In this document: positions 61,784 through 64,000 of the stretch, piece after piece
Layout: the number at the start of each line of letters is the position of its first letter
How positions within the stretch are numbered: position 1 is the stretch's first letter
Assembly: GCA_038087875.1 (NCBI GenBank)
Contig: CM075990.1
Coordinates: forward strand, 16,184,001-16,248,000
Direction: 5' to 3'
DNA from: Malacoraja senta
Lineage: Eukaryota
Length of the DNA stretch: 64,000 nt
Made by a program: the position numbers and the translations under genes
The notes under the pieces: model-generated
Database searches by the model: none
What the model saw: only the letters and a program-made list of their open reading frames with translations
What the model was told of the DNA's origin: nothing

Positions 61784-62880
61784 TCAACAGAAATATTCAT
61801 TTTGTTGGGCTTCATTAATTGTCGCTTCTTCGGAATCGAAACTGGTCCTTGGTGACAGTAGCCTGTTGGCCTCATCCTTATTGTGATTCGTGAGATAATC
61901 CTCCTCAGTGGTGTCCGGCCTGGGCCCCATTGCCACGCTTTCGAAGGTGGCAAAGGAGTCGTTTTGGTAATCGTCTTCGGGCGGTTTGATCAGAAACTTC
62001 CTACAGCGTCTCTTCAAGGCGCCGCAGCAGACGATGAGGGTGAGGGGGATGACAATCACACATGCCACAGTAATCACCACGCCGTTGATCAGCTTCTGGG
62101 TCCCACTCGCGTGAGCCACCTCGTCAGTGGAGAAGATCACGCATTGCTCTTTCCTGGGGATGATCCCTTTCACACAGACACACACAATGTACTTGTTCTG
62201 CGGCATCAAACCATCAATGGTGATCTTGGTCTTCCCGGGACCCACGTTTATCCTCTTCATGTCCCTTTCACCAAAGGTTGTGTACAAAATGCTAAAAAGT
62301 GTGACGTTTGTTGCCTTGGGTGACCGCCAAGCCAATGATACACTGTGATAGGTGCCCCCTATCACTCTGACTGTTCTCACTAAGCAGTCTGCTTCAGGTG
62401 TGGTCAATGAAGGTCTCAACGTTACATTGCTGGAATCATCGACACTTCTGCGATTTTCCAACAAGCTGGTAATTTTGGAAGGATTCATCTTCAGGGAAAT
62501 AAACTCCGGGGCATTTGTTTCTGGATCCAACTGATCTTGGTGCAGGGTGAAGTAATCCGTCCCACCACTGGAATAGGAGCTCCTAGGCGTCTCTCTGGGT
62601 GAAACCGTGTTGGTCAGCATGCTCACGTACTGGGCCATCAGTTTCCTATTGCGTTGGGCAGCTTTCTGATTTCCCCGTTTTCTGGGACATCTCCATCCTG
62701 GCGTGCTTTTGATCGGTACCTTTGCCTTGGCAGAGTCAACCACAAGCAGGGACATCATAGCCCCAGATGTTCCTATCAGATTACTGGCTCGACACAAATA
62801 TTCACCAGAGTCTTGGTAGGATATATCAGCTAGCCTGAGAGTAGACCCCTTCTGGGTCCTGTTGGTGTAATCCAGTATCA
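61784..62880 (-). CDS. LRIT1: LRIT1 last exon (Ig end, FN3, TM, tail); upstream exons lie beyond the window
   Basis: ttgcag|TG; DSGEYLCRASNLIG, KEQCVIFSTDEV, QKLINGVVITVACVIVIPLTLIVCCGALKRRC, C-terminal NEYFC as in LRIT1. Confidence 0.93.
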
Positions 62881-64000
62881 CTGCAAGACACAATGAATGA
62901 ACCATATGCTGTTAAATTCATGGTACAAGGGTCAAGCATTATCTTTTTACTTCAAAGTTGAAATACATCCTTTGTCCTTTCTCATTTGTTTTGCTTTTAG
63001 GAGACCTGATAGAAGTTGATATAAAATTGTGGGAGGCATAGATAGGGTAGACAGTCAGAGTCTTTTTCCCGGCATAGAAATGTCAAATGCAAGAGGGAAT
63101 AGGTTTAACGTGAGAGGAGGAAAGTTTAAAGGGAGGAATGGGGCACTTGTTTTCTGACACAGAGTGTGGTGGGTGCCTGGCAGGAGATTTCAAGGTTGCA
63201 GAAGCTTTTAAGTGGCTTTTAGACAGGCATGTTAGCATGCGCGGTATGGATATGGACCATGTTTAGGCAGATGGGGGATAGCTTAATTTAGCATGGTTGA
63301 TAAAGATACGTGGGTCTGCTCCTGTATTTTACTGTTCCATGTTCAATATTTTGTTTGCATTAATTGTTAAATAAACTTTATAACCCATACTTACAGATGT
63401 GAGCCAATTCTTAAGTTCACAAGCTCATAATCTTAGGAGCAGAATTAGGCCATTCAGCCCATCAAGTCTACTCCATCATTCAATCATGGCTGATCTCTCT
63501 CTCCCTAACCCCATTCTCCTGCCTTCTCCCCATAAACCCTGAAACCCATACTAATCAAGAATCTGTCTATCTCTGCCTTAAAAATACCCATTGACTTGGC
63601 CTCCACAGCCTTCTGTGGCATTCAATAAATAGGATAGGTTCTTCCTTGTTAAAGCCTGAAACTTATTATGTCAAAATACTGTAGATACTACTGTACTATA
63701 ACAACAATTGGTTATTGATCAGTTGAGAACAATTTCCTGCAAGAAATTCTGAACAATGCTCCTTATGGGATAGGTCAAACAGGTGGATAAAACTAGCAAA
63801 TAGTTGTGATTTGTATTTTGTGTGTTCTGCGCAATTGTGTTCAAAGGGGTCATCCCCTAGAACAAATGTCAAGATTTTAAACATTCACCATATTTCATAG
63901 GATACTGCATGTAAATTTAACCTGTATCAGTACTGTGTGAATCAATGATTCTAACTCTGATTTACTGAGAAAGAATGCAAGTTTCAACAGACCCTCAATC

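Noticed and set aside
1..64000. Prokaryotic system (operon, CRISPR array, defence island)
   Set aside because: Spliced vertebrate genes and vertebrate transposons throughout; no regularly spaced repeat-spacer array.

Overview
Vertebrate genomic DNA, not prokaryotic. The repeats (HE1-like tRNA SINEs, CR1/HER1-like LINE tails) point to a cartilaginous fish, probably a skate or ray; that is inference. Left of a 200-N gap (34419-34618) are two head-to-tail AIFM2/FSP1 paralogues on the minus strand. Copy B is complete (8 coding exons, 373 aa, 33314->8332); copy A shows 5 coding exons (4052->198) and runs off the window. Right of the gap is the photoreceptor cluster: the 3' end of CDHR1 (+), complete LRIT2 (-, 565 aa) and the last exon of LRIT1 (-). 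Most remaining sequence is transposon-derived: a full-length DD34E Tc1, a near full-length Rex1/Babar-like LINE, L1 and CR1 fragments, SINEs, Harbinger-type MITEs and a solo LTR. Three observations stand out. (1) A roughly 35-copy short repeat carries a minimal hammerhead-ribozyme core (CUGAAGA-A-stem II-GAAAC-GUH), is linked to a Penelope-like GIY-YIG C-terminus, and occurs as TSD-flanked monomers, a 199-nt tandem and fold-back palindromes, including one insertion that duplicated the CDHR1 stop codon. (2) CDHR1 has a second, paralogous transmembrane exon (43764-43961) that the ORF track misses. (3) The ferroptosis suppressor FSP1 has an old, intact tandem duplicate with diverged motif residues. 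Exon boundaries were read by eye from GT-AG sites and frame continuity; family names come from remembered motifs, not database searches.
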